Assembly: GCA_964016885.1 (NCBI GenBank) | Contig: OZ024742.1 | Span: 156,736,001 to 156,800,000 of the forward strand | Source: Eledone cirrhosa | Lineage: Eukaryota | DNA: 64,000 nt | Direction: 5' to 3' | Shown: positions 39,430 to 52,017 of the stretch, in pieces | Layout of the letters: every line of letters starts with the position of its first letter | Numbering within the stretch: position 1 is the first letter of the stretch | Program-made: the position numbers and the translations under genes | The notes under the pieces: model-generated | What the model saw: the letters and a program-made list of their open reading frames with translations, nothing else | Told to the model about the DNA's origin: nothing | The model's database searches: none

Positions 39430-42400
39430 TGTTTTCTTTATTAACCACAAGGGTTTACATAAAGTATACATTAAGGACAGTACAGGACAATACAGGACGG
39501 TACAAATGGGCATTTCTGCGTGTAAAAAAACAGAGGATGTAATAAAATAACAAAGAAAAATTCCCCAATAGGGGTGAGACTTCCGAGGGACATTTGTGGA
39601 AAAAGCCCATTGAAAGACCACAGTGACCCTGACCACTAGGGCAAGTGCCCTTCCCAGTTTTCCACCTTTAATTTACAATCGCTGAGGCAGAGAAGGCCCA
39701 TTCATTCGGGCCATACTTGCTTCTCTCACCCATCTTTCAACAAAATGCTGGGAAGAGAGCACTTCCCTCTCTACCCTGATTTTCCTTTTCAAACGAAATT
39801 TGAAAAAGTTAATCAGGGCATCACCGAAGAGGTAAGTGCTCGTCTTCAGCCCTTTCAAACGTGTCCACCATACTATCTCTTTCGCCATGGCCATCAGACA
39901 GATAAAAACTGCCTGCCCTTCCCGGCTAAAGGAAGAGGGCGGGGCAATCCTCACGATGGACTCACGATGGACTCACAAAGGACTCACGATGGACTCAGCT
40001 GGCAAAGGTCCCCGGTAGCACTGCCAGGCCAGGGATTTCTAGAAGTTGTCCATAGGCCCCGGTCCGAAAGTTCTTCCGAAGAGATTGGCTAGTTGATTTT
40101 CGTCGACGATTAGAGTTTCTGCAAGTACGTCGTCGCTCTTCCCCTCCACTAATCCTCTATAGAACGCCAAGGTGGAGTTTCCACCGATCACATTGCCCGA
40201 TTGGTCGAGGGCTGTGAGCGCCTGAAGACATTCCAGTCTCCAAGCGCTCCCTCTCGGTCTTCGCTTGACCCAGGACTGCAGCTCCTTCAAGGAGACGAGC
40301 TGGGGAAAAACGTTTCTAGCAAACGGCAACCACACCTGATCACCGTCGAGGAAGAGGTGGATATGTCGTAGCCTGAGCGCGTGTCTGCGCATCATCAGCC
40401 ACGGCATGCCCAGCCCTCCACGTAGCGGTTTTTGACAGCAGATGGACCGCCTGACCATCGGAGCACGTCCCCTCCACAAGAAGCGAAAGAGCATACGCTC
40501 CAGCCCAGTCAGGCGGGGCTTAGGACAAGGTGCGACGGTCAGGCGGTAGTAGATGACGGACGCGATGTACGCATTAGCCACCTCCGCTCAACCTTTCATG
40601 GATAGCTTCCTCTCAGCCCATTTCTGGGTGAGAGAAGCAATCCTCCTCGTCACCTCGTCCCAGTGTTTGTCCGTCTGGAGGTTTGGGCCGAACCAGACCC
40701 CTAGCAATTTAACCGGTCCGTCCGTCCAGCGCCCAACGACGCTGTTGGACGGCATGGACCTGCCTCTCCAGGTGTCGAGCTGCAGGCCCCCTGACTTTAC
40801 TGGTTGATCATTGCTCCTGTCTCCGCTTCGTATTCTCTTAGTGCAGTGCCGATTGCCTCGCTGTGTTTGGCGTTCGACACCACTACGATTACATCTTCCG
40901 CATATGCTAACACGGATCTGCCGCATCCTAGTTCGCGCGGGACCCCCCTCAACGTCTCCAGTTTGTGCAGTAGTAGCTCGAGAGCCAATACGTACAATAG
41001 GGACGAGAGGTGACTTCCTTGGCGGACCAAGCGCATGATGTTGAACGGTTCCGAAAGGTGACCGTTCACTCTCACTGCAGAACAGATGTCACTGTGCATG
41101 GCAGCGATCCAACCTCTGAAGACGGGCGCAAATCCAGCCGCGCTCAGGACTGCCGCTAGGTAACGATGGTCGACCCTATCGAAGGCTTTCGACTGATCTA
41201 AATTGATCAAAGACCCACCCGTGCCAGGTTCCCTAGCAACCCTCTCTACGATGTATCGCATGAGGTAGAGGTTGCCGTGGATAGATCTGTCGGGAATGGC
41301 GCATGTCTGTTCCTCTCCCACCAGACCACCAACGACAGGCGCCAACCTCTTTGCTAGTACCTTGGCCAAAATCTTCAGCTCTGTGTTTAGCAGAGTTATG
41401 GGCCTACAATTATCTATGTTATCCCTCTTGTTCGGATCCTTTCTCAGCAGTGCCACCCCTCCTCGGCTCACAGAGCTGGGAATTCTCCCGTTCTGTTGCC
41501 AGTTGCAGTAGACGTCCGCCAAGAGGACTGCCGACAAGTCTGTCATTTGTACGTAAAGTTCATACGGCAGACCATCCAAACCAGGCGATTTACCCCTTGT
41601 GCAGCCAGTCATTGCCTCCCGTACTTCAGTGGTTGTTATCGGCTTTACGCAACACTCCGCCTCAGTGGCCGAAAGCCGCGGCAGTCCGTCGAGGTAGACA
41701 CTAGAGACCATCCCTCGATCCGGCCCGCCACTGCCCCCGAACAGTTGAGCGAAGTGTCGCTGAAAAGCTTCACACATTTGCCCGGGATCGAGTAGCATGC
41801 GCCCGCCGTGGTCCACCAAAGACCGGATCGTGGCTCTGTTGCCACGACGCGCCTCCGCCACTCAGGCCCATTGAACGGCTTTCGTCCCCTCGTGTCTGAG
41901 AGCACGCACAATAGCTCTGACAACACAGCCTTTGTGCTTTGCATTGAAGAATTGGTCAAGGGCCAATTTCGCCGCAAGTACGTCGGTCGCGATGCCTTTG
42001 CTAAGCGCCTCGTCTAATTTTCTAACTAATTCTCCCTCTGCTCTATTTGTTTCTATTGCTAAAGCCTTACTAAACTAATGGACTCTATTGTAATTGCTAG
42101 TTTCAGAGCAAACCACCACTTGTTGTTGACGATGGCCCCCATCAACGCCCGCTTAACTAGTTGGCTAATCCGGTCTCTGTAGGCCTTGGACGCTGGTAAG
42201 GACGCGTTTAGCTTCCATTAGCCGGGTCCTCGTCTATGAAGCCTATCTAAGTCAAGCACACAGATCACGAATTTGTGGTCCGTGTAGCTGACTATCTTGA
42301 ATTGTGGACAGCCTATGCTAGACCTATCTATTTCCCTACAAAATACTCTATCTAGATATGATCTGGATGACCCTATGCGATTTGTCTAAGTCCGCATTGG

Positions 42401-44034
42401 TACATTCGGGAAATCCACTCGGTACCTGTCAGACAGTTCAAAACGCCTGAGCAGGTTGGTGAGACTCTTGCACCCTCCTTCCCTATCCACTAATCCCACA
42501 CGATCCCAGCGTGCATCTAAGATCCCGTTCCAGTCGCCCACTAACACTAAAGAGCGGGACGTTCCAAGAAAGGTCTCTAGACGCCGGAAGAAATCAGGCC
42601 GCCCTGGACCTGTCGTGGCATAGACGGCCACTAACCTGAGAGCTTGCCCGTCTCTGCTGGTCACGTCCAGCACCACCAACTTACCTTCTGATTCCAGGAA
42701 GATGGCCCGTATGGCAAGATCCAACCCTCTCCGAAAAAGCACAGCAACTCCTCCCCCGATCCCGGACGGCTGGGAGATGCGTACACATCGTAGCCGCCGA
42801 AGATCGGTGCGAAGGCCCGTGCTTCGGAGATTCTGGTCTCGCTGACGGCCACTACATCTATGGTTAGTGGCCTGAGGTCGTTGAGCAGGTGGCCCTGCTT
42901 CCATGACGACCCCAATCCACGCGCATTTTTGCTTCCTATTCTGAATTAGGTCATGTTGAAAAGGAGTGAAAAGATGGGAAAGACCACTTACCTTACTTCT
43001 CGTAGAGGGAGGACGGTTTTTCCATCCTTTTCACTGCTTGTGGCCTCCTCAGGAAGGATGTCCTTATAAATCCTCCTGGAGAGAGCTTGTCGGAAGTATC
43101 CGATGTCTTTGGGGAATTTTTGTTTTAGTGTCATGTACGTTTTCTGTGTGATGCGAGTGATTTGTATGTGTGGAGGTGGTGTGAATTTTTGGGTTGTTGT
43201 GTAGTCTTTTTCTGTGATGTTGGTGTTGTGTTGGATGTAGTGTAATAATTGGTTGTTCAAATTTAATGCTGTGTAGTGTGTATCGTTTTGGTTGTTTTGT
43301 TTTGTTTGCGTTTGTTGTGGGTTTGTTTCTGTTTCGCATTTTGGTGACTTTTGTGGTGTAGGTGATGGTGGTGTTGGGGTGAATGATGGTGATGGTGTTG
43401 GTGTTTGGGGTGATGGGGTTGGTGATGCCTGTGTGGATGGTGGCATATCTGTCCTAACTTTTTTGTTTGTTAATTTATTTGTTTCCCTCTGTATTTTGTT
43501 TCTGGAGCGGGAAGGAAGAGATTTTTTTTTCTTTTTTGGTTTCTTTTTTTTCCTGATACCGTTTCCCACTCCTCGTCGTCACAATCTGTTTCCAGTTGTG
43601 ATAGGTCGGGGAATGGAAAATCCTCCACAGGCGTTAGTTTTGGCTGTAGCGTGGTGGATGGTGTAGGCGCTGGTGCTAGTTCTGAAGCGTTGGGTGGTGG
43701 TGGTGTTGGTTTTGCTGGTGGTGGTTGTGTTGGTTTTGCTACTGTTGCTGGGATTGTTGCTGTTATAGTTGCTTCTGTTGTTGCTGCTACAGTTGTTGCT
43801 GCCATCTCTGCTACTGGTGGTGTTGATGTTTGAGTCACTGGGGTGGGTAGGAGAGGTGGCCTCAACCTTTTAGCCTGAGGGAAGAAAGCTCTTAGGTGGG
43901 TTCCTTCACCACAAACGACACACCTAGGCCTTCTGCCCTCGACGATTACGGTGAGGTGGCTGCCGTCAGTGAGGTCTATTACCTCTGGGATCTCCTCAAT
44001 GCTTTTTTGGTCCGCTTGGATCAAGAGCTCCATC
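39430..44034 (-). mobile_element. Tx1/L1 copy 3; 5' part of ORF1 missing, decayed
   Basis: ORF1 knuckle CVVCGEGTHLRAF, APE, RT (AYAED); 3' UTR as in copies 1 and 2. Confidence 0.9.
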
Positions 44035-47000
44035 CCAGATACGTACAAGAGGAACGAGAGGGGACATCCTTGGCGGACTGCGCGCATGATGTTGTACGGT
44101 TCCGAAAGATGAACGTTCACTCTCACCACAGAGCAGATGTCGCTGTGCATGGCAGCGATCCAGCCTCTGAAGACGGGCTCAAAGCCAGCCGTCGTCAGGA
44201 CAGCCGCTATATAACGATGGTCGACCCTATCGAAAGCTTTCAACTGATCTAAATTGATCAAGGAACCAACCGTGCCAGGTTCCCTAACTACCCTTTCTAC
44301 GATTTATCTACGATTTATCTACGATGGATCTGTCGGGAATGGCGCATGTCTGCGCCTCTCCCACCAGACCATCAACGACAAGCGCCAACCTCTTTGCTAG
44401 CACCATCGCCAAAACCTTGAAATCTGTGATTAGCAGAGTTATGGGCCTGAAAATATATGTTGTCGCCCTTGTTCGGATCCTTTCTCAGCAACGCCACCAC
44501 TCCTCGGCTCACATAGCTGGGAATTCTCCCGTTCTGTTGCCAGTTGCAGTAGACTTCCACCAAGAGGCCTCCGAACGAGTCTGGTATCTGTACGGGATGG
44601 TCATAGGGCAGACCATCCAAACCAGGCAATTTACCCCTTGTGCAGTCTGTCATTGCCTCCCGTACTTCAGCGGCTTTTATCGGCTTTTCGCAACACTCCG
44701 CCTCAGTGGCCGTCGAGGTAGACACTAAAGTCCATCCCTCGATCCGACCCGCCGCTGCCCCCGAACACCTGAGCGAAATGTCGCGGAAAAGCTTCACGCA
44801 TTTACCCTGGATGGAGTAGCATACGCCCGTCGTGGTCCACCAAAGACCGGATCGTGGATTTGTTGCCACAACGTGCCTCCGCCATTCGGGCCCATTAAAA
44901 CGGCTTTCGTCCCCTTGTGTCTGAGAGAACGCACCCTAGCTCTGACAACGCAGCCTTCGTCCTTTGCATTGAAGAATTGGTCAAGTGCCAATTTCGCCGC
45001 AAGTACGTCGGTCGTGATGCCTTTGCTAAGCACATCGTCTAATTTTCTAACTACTTCTCCCTCTGCTCTATTTTTCTCTAATGCTAAAGCCTTACTAAAC
45101 CTAATGGCCTTGCGCGCTGGTAAGGACGCGTTTCGCTTCCAGTAGCCGGGTCATCGTCTATGAAATTCAAGCAGACAAATCACAAATTTGTGGTGCGTGT
45201 AGCTGACTATCTAGAATTGTGGACAGCCTAGGCTAGACCTATCCATTTCCCTACAAAATACTCTATCTAGATATGATCTTGATGATCCTATGCGGTTTGA
45301 CAAACTCCACAATTGCACATTCGGGAAATCCAATCGGTACCTGTCAGACAGTTCAAAACGCCTGAGCAGGTTGGTGACGCTCTTGCACCGTCCTCCCCTA
45401 TCCGCTAATCCCACACAGTCTCAGCGTGCATCTAAGATCCCGTTCCAGTCGCCCACTAACACTAAAGCGCGGGACGTTCAAAGAAAGGTGTCCAGACGCC
45501 AGAAGAGATCAGACCACAATGCTCCTGTTGGGGCATAGACGGCCACTAGCCTGAAAACTTGCCCGTCTTCCCCTGTCACATCCAGCACCACCAGCTTACC
45601 ATCTGGGTCCAGGAAGATGGCTCGTATGGCTAGATCCAAACCTCTCCGAAAAAGCACAGCAACTGCTCCTCCCGACCCAGGACGGCTGGGAGATGCGTAC
45701 ACATCGTAGCCGCCGAAGATCGGTGCGAAGGCCCGTGCTTCGGAGATTCTGGTCTCGTTGATGGCCCCTACATTTATGTTTGGTGACCTGATGTAGTTGA
45801 GCAGATGGGCCTGCTTCCATGACGACCCCAAGCCACGCACATTTATGCTACCTATTCTGAGTGAGGTCATGTTGAAATGGATTGGAAAAGATGGGAAAGA
45901 CCACTTACCTTACTTCTCGTAGAGGAAGGATGGTTTGCCCATCCTTTTCACTGCTTGTGGCCTCCTCCGGAAGGATATCCTTATAAATCCTCCTGGAGAG
46001 TGTTTGTCGGAAGTCTCCGATGTCTTTGGGGAATTATTGTTTTAGTTTCGTGTACGTTTTCTGTGTGATGCGAGTGATTTGTATGTGTGGAGGTGGTGTG
46101 AACATTTGGGTTGTTATGTAGTCTTTTTCTGTAATGCTGGTGTGTTGTTGGATGTAGTGTAATAATTGGTTGTTGTTCAAATGTTTTGCCGTGTAGTGTG
46201 TATCGTTTTGGTTGTTTTGTTTTGTTTGCGTTAGTTGTGGGTTTGTTTCTGTTTCGTTTTTTGGTGACCTTTGTGGTGTTAGTGATGGTCGTGTTGGGGT
46301 TAATGATGGTGATGGTGTTGGTGTTTGTGGTGATGGGGTTGGTGATGCTGGTGTGGATGGTGGCATATATGTCCTAACTTTTTTGTTTGATAGTTTATTG
46401 GATTCCTTTTGTATTTTGTTTTTGGAGGAGGCAGGAAGGGGATTTTTTTCTTTTTTGATTTCTTTTTCTTTTTTTCTATTGTCCTGATACCGTTTACCAC
46501 TCCTCGTCATCACAATCTGTTTTCAGTTGCGATAGGTCGGGTAGTGGAAAACCCTCCTCAGGCGTGTGTAATGGTTGTGGCGTGGTGGATGGTGTAGTCG
46601 CTGGTGCTAGTTCTGGCGCGTTGTGTGGTGGTGGTTTTGGTTTTGCTACTGTTGCTGGGGTTGTTGCTGTTACAGTTGCTTCTGTTGTTGCTGCTACAGT
46701 TGTTGCAATTTCTGCTGCTGGTGGTGTTGATGGTTGAGTCACTGGGGTGGGTAAGTGAGGTGAGCTCAACATTTCAGCCTGAGGGCAGAAAGCCCTTAGG
46801 TGGGCTCCTTCACCACAAACGACACACCTAGGTCTTCTGCCCTCGACAATTACAGTTAGGTGGCTGCCGTCAGTGAGGTCTATTACCTCTGGGATATCCT
46901 CAATGCTTTTTTGGTTCGCTTGGATCAGGAGCTCCATCAGAGATCCGGACCAGTTCTCGTGCTTTTCTTTCGCTATTTAGATTATATTGGTGTTGGGTTC

Positions 47001-47870
47001 GATGCCGGCGAGGACGGCAGCTATTAGCCAGGGAATTTCGATGGCCGGTGGAACGTGGGTCACCCTGATCTTAACGAGTATCTGGGCACAATAGCTTGGG
47101 ACGAGTGTGAAGTCGTCACTTTTAATAGGACCAGGGATTGTTCTCTGGCCTCCTGTGGTGTTTTAAAGAACACATCCTACGGTTTCATATTTCTGCCCAC
47201 GTCTGATGTGGGTTTTTTCTTTGCCCACACATATCCCAAAGCTTTTTGGATTTGGGACTCGGATGCCCGTTCCACTCTGCGCGATTTTATGTTAATCGTC
47301 CGATAAGACACGGTGCATAGGCACCGAAGCTCCATTTTGTTAGGTGGGTGAAGGGGGGGGGGGGGGGAGACTAACCCTGTACCCATCTTTCTTTACGATT
47401 CTCTTGGCTTCATGTAATTCCTCCTGAGTTACCTGGATTGCTTCGCACTTTTTTGCTACTCTGGCAAAAGACAGGGTCGTTTTCTTATTCTCATTGTTGT
47501 TGCTGCTGTTGTTGCTATCGTTATTTTTGTTATTGTTATTTTTAGTTTCAGTTGTGGTGGTGCTGGTGTTGGTGGCGTCAGTGTTGTTCGGTGTGGAAGA
47601 GTCCATTTTGGGTTAATCAATTTCGATGTCACGAGAATTTCTTATTTTCTTTTGTTGCTGCTGTCGCTGAGGTGATAGTGGGGGTGGCGGCTTCAACACC
47701 TGCAGTCATTGGTAATGGCGGGAAATGAATGTCTGCATGAGACAAATTAAAATTATTGCTACTACTTATATTTTTAGTGTTTGCAAACGTAGTAATATTT
47801 ACAATGGTGGTGTCGGTGTGAGGTGTTAGTTTGTGAGGAAGGTGTGACTGTGACTCGTCCATGATTTGTT
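44035..47870 (-). mobile_element. Tx1/L1 copy 4; 3' half lost, 5' limit approximate
   Basis: ORF1 (CVVCGEGAHLRAFC), APE MTSLRIGSINVRGL, RT up to VRQGCPLSFLLYV, then abrupt join to copy 3 ORF1. Confidence 0.85.
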
Positions 47871-47871
47871 T

Positions 47872-48319
47872 TTCAATAAATGCGAAACAAGCCTTGTCAG
47901 CTTTATCTCCCCCAGTGTGCTGAAAATTAAAGTAAGTGAGTCTGTCACTACACAAAAACAATAGCATAAGCTCTTCGAAATGCTTTTAATTAAGCATACA
48001 GTGTATTGCAAAATACATTATATATACATTCATATATATATAGCTATTTCAGAGCACCAATTCTAATTTTCAATTCCTGCTTGACCGGCAAACGCTCTGT
48101 ATAATCAGTCCCAGATTATTTACTAGAATTCTATAAGAACCAAACATCCATGATTTCAGCAAACAGGAGGAGTAGTTGGCTTTGATAAGCATCAATGAAT
48201 GCGAAACAAGGCATGGTCAGCTTTATCTCCCCTGTTTGCGAAAATTAAAGTAGCTGAGTCTGTCACTACTCTAAAACATATATATATATATAGCTTTTTC
48301 AGAGCACCAATTCTAATTT

Positions 48320-48321
<2 letters not shown>
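47872..48321. repeat. Imperfect direct repeat (47872-48070 and 48192-48321)
   Basis: AATGCGAAACAAG...TCAGCTTTATCTCCCC...GAAAATTAAAGTA...TGAGTCTGTCACTAC...TTTCAGAGCACCAATTCTAATTTT twice. Confidence 0.7.
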
Positions 48322-48394
<73 letters not shown>

Positions 48395-49149
48395 GAGAGA
48401 GAGAGAGGGAGAGAGAGAGTGTGAAATTGGAAATAATATGGATAATATATTTAAGAGTCTGTTTTACTTCCTTTCTTCTTTGATTTATCAAAGTGACATT
48501 ATTGAAAAATGAGAGAAGCAATTCTATAACGAAAAAAAGAAGAGTTTTATATATAGTTGTGCGAATTAAAATAGACATCTTTCCGTGATTGAAACAGAGG
48601 AAATTTAAGAGTGACGTGCTGTGCTGTTCGGTCCCACCAGTCCAGTCACTTCCTCATTGTACTACATATGGTTCCTATACTGCTAATATTGTTTTATTAT
48701 ATACGAGCTGTTTGAAACACGATATTATTAAGCTTTAATTTACTATTAGCGGTACAATTTATGAAAATTCGTGCTTGAGTTTTTTGTTCCAACAACATCA
48801 ACCCGCAATCTTCCTTATAAGGACGCCCTTTCTAAGGAAAGCATATATGTTTTGAAAGAGGGTCACGTCCACGCAAATTATTTGCAGTTATTTCGCCATG
48901 AAAATTACTTTACTATCCAGCTATATGCACATATCTAATGGGAAAGTATACTTTGAATTTATTCATGTTAATTCTACTTACGTTACTTAAAGAAAGGTAA
49001 ACAAATGAAATTATGATCTGGTTCAGTAAGTATGTTTCTGTGAGTAGAATACACATTCATATATATATATATATATATATATTTAAACAATACGATACAT
49101 CCTGTTACTAAAGAAGCCTATCAATGTGTTATGGTTGTCGCAGCACATC

Positions 49150-49460
49150 GTGCTACGGAGATCGTCCAATTGTTGGTCATTAAATTGGTATAATGGTGAG
49201 ATAATGTGATTTGCACATAGAAAGTTCCCCTCCAAGGCGCAAGTCGGGTTCAGGCTGTCTGTGGAAGATCAACAGTAGCCAATGGACACCCGTCCCCCAT
49301 CAACACAGCCAATTGTGTCCAAAGGAAAGGCAAAGTCGACTTGGCTTCATTGACATTGTAGCTCATTTCTTCAGCTGCATGAACTGGAGCAACGTTAAAA
49401 AAATGTCTTGCTGAAGAACACAACGCAAATCCCGCCCCGAGAATCAAACTCACAACCACT
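49150..49460 (-). mobile_element. Decayed tRNA-derived SINE (CORE/Meta-like domain followed by a Nin-like segment)
   Basis: B-box-like GAGTTTGATTC; GTTGTGTTCTTCAGCAAGACA...TTGCTCCAGTTCA; GCCAAGTCGACTTTGCCTTTC. Confidence 0.6.
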
Positions 49461-49572
49461 GTTTACATATATATATATATATACATGCACACACACACAC
49501 ACACATACACACACACACACACATACACACACACACACACAAACACACACAAACACACACACACACACACAG

Positions 49573-49619
<47 letters not shown>

Positions 49620-49622
<3 letters not shown>

Positions 49623-50033
49623 AGATAAATCTACCAAAAGTTTACTGTAGTGTCCAATCCGTATGAAGAACTCAATGTAATCCGGATATCATGGAAAGAA
49701 GAGATACATTCAAAAATCACTTTCGGTGAAAGATAAACGGAATACAGAGTCAAGATAAAATATTACAAAAAATAATGAATAAAACAATGAAACAGTTCCT
49801 TATATTAAACAAAAAAAGTTCATTATTTAACGATCGTTTCTAGGACATATATGTGTTAGAATTGGCATGCATATTCAAAAGATCTATGTACAAAATTATA
49901 CAAACATGTATATATATATGTATGTATGTATGTGTATGTATATGTATTTGTAGAGATGTGTGTATGTATGTGTATATATGTGCATAATTGTCTGACTGTG
50001 TGTATTTATTTATTTTTTATATATACATATATA

Positions 50034-50090
<57 letters not shown>

Positions 50091-50241
50091 GTGTGTATGT
50101 ATATGTGTATATTTTTGTATGTCTGAGTGTGTGTGAGTGTGTGGTTGTGTGTATATATGCATGGGTATGTGTGTGTATGTATATATACGTATATGTATGT
50201 GTGTGTGTATATATATATGTGTATATATATGTGTGTATATA

Positions 50242-50298
<57 letters not shown>

Positions 50299-51367
50299 AT
50301 GTATGTGTGTATGTGTGTGTACATATATGTATATATGTGTGTTGTGCGTATGTGTATATATATATATCTATATGTATATATATATATATATATCGGTGTG
50401 TATTTATATGTATGAATATATGTTTTACTTGTTTTTATGTATATGCATACAAACAGGTTAATATGCGTGAGGTTAAGTATGTGTATGTGTGTGTGTATAC
50501 GTATGTATGTATCGAACGTATGGATGTGTAAATGTGCGTATGTATATAAGCATGTATATTTTATGTCTCTCTTTTATGTTTTTTTATGTTTTTATTATAT
50601 TTTTTTATTTTATTTCTTTTTATTTCTAAATTTATAGATACATTTTTATAAATATGCTGAGTCTGACACCCTCCTTAATTACTTACTCCCTTACCTCCTT
50701 TTAATTCTGCATCTAGATGTAAGTGTGTGTGGCCGGGTTTATGTGTGCGCCTCAATATCCATATAGTTATAATAATAATATATACGTATGTGTGTGTGTG
50801 TGTGTATATATGTGTGTGTGTTCGTAGGTATGTGTGTGTTTATGTGTATATGCGTGTGTGTGTATGAATGTATGTATATGTGTGTATATATGTGTGTATA
50901 TGTATATGTATATGTATGTATATTTTTTCTGTGGATTATAAACATACAGAGACATTAGCCCTGAATTTTTATATTTACATACACTTTTTCGACATGCGTA
51001 TGCATGTGAACATACATTTTTATGCATATCTGTGAACGAAGTTACTTACATATATACACACACCTAACTGTATTTTCTTGATGAATGTTTATGTATTTCA
51101 TTGGTCTATTTAAAATCTGTTCCCAAACAGACCTGTAATATTGAATTGTTGTTATTATCAATAAATATACTTCATTATTTCTGAAGACAGCATATATATG
51201 TGATGGTATGTATATTCTCTTTGATAGTTTGTATAATTTTGTACATAGATCTTTTGAATATGCATGCCAATTCTAACACATATATGTCCTAGAAACGATC
51301 GTTAAATAATGAACTTTTTTTGTTTAATATAAGGAACTGTTTCATTGTTTTATTCATTATTTTTTTA

Positions 51368-51377
<10 letters not shown>
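49620..51377. mobile_element. Fold-back Penelope-like insertion (iv) in (TA)n
   Basis: Inverted arms 49755-49905 / 51228-51377; unique tail 49620-49754; microsatellite-rich spacer; hammerhead. Confidence 0.75.
51171..51313 (+). ncRNA. Type I hammerhead ribozyme with an approximately 100-nt domain II
   Basis: TTCATTATTT CTGAAGA [about 104 nt] GAAAC GATC GTT AAATAATGAA; perfect 10-bp stem I, palindromic stem III. Confidence 0.75.
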
Positions 51378-51423
<46 letters not shown>

Positions 51424-51469
51424 ATAATTCAAAATATTAAAAAAATAGATATTCTTTGTGATCAAGTAT

Positions 51470-51534
51470 ATTGTATTATACATATTTCAGAGGTACTGAG
51501 TTAACTTCAAGAGTACATTCTCATCAGATAAAAT
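51470..51534 (-). ncRNA. Hammerhead ribozyme (left arm of v)
   Basis: ATTTTAT CTGATGA...GAAA TATGTA TA ATACAAT. Confidence 0.7.
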
Positions 51535-51626
51535 AAGATGATGCATGACATACTGTGACATAGTAGATGGTTAAGATTCAGTCATGGTAACCATCTACTA
51601 TGTCAGGGTATGTCATGCATCATCTT

Positions 51627-51691
51627 ATTTTATCTGATGAGGACGTACTGTTGAGGTTAACTCAGTACCTCTGAAATATGTATAATAAAAT
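51627..51691 (+). ncRNA. Hammerhead ribozyme (right arm of v)
   Basis: ATTTTAT CTGATGA ggacGTACTG..CAGTACctct GAAA TATGTA TA ATAAAAT. Confidence 0.8.
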
Positions 51692-51829
51692 TTACCTGAT
51701 CACAAGAATATCTATTTCGCTAATAATTTGAATTAATATTAATAACTCCGGAAAATCATAACAGTTGAGTGCTTCCAATCTATTGTAAAACTCATTCTTT
51801 GATTTATTCATTGAACCTTGTTTAACCTT

Positions 51830-51859
<30 letters not shown>

Positions 51860-51862
<3 letters not shown>

Positions 51863-51905
51863 TCGCTCACAGCCTCGGCTGATACCTCATTGCCAACATT
51901 TATTG

Positions 51906-51971
<66 letters not shown>

Positions 51972-52017
51972 CAATAAATGTTCGCAATGAGCTATCAGCC
52001 GAGGCTGTGAGCGAATA
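51860..52017. repeat. Palindrome with 50-bp arms centred on (TA)n
   Basis: TATTCGCTCACAGCCTCGGCTGATA...ATTGTAATT (TA)n AATTACAAT...TATCAGCCGAGGCTGTGAGCGAATA. Confidence 0.9.

Larger units (their letters stand above)
51422..51830. mobile_element. Miniature fold-back Penelope-like insertion (v), same family as (ii)
   Basis: Arms 51422-51573 / 51588-51735; tail 51736-51830 homologous to 14693-14787; (TA)n on both flanks. Confidence 0.85.
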
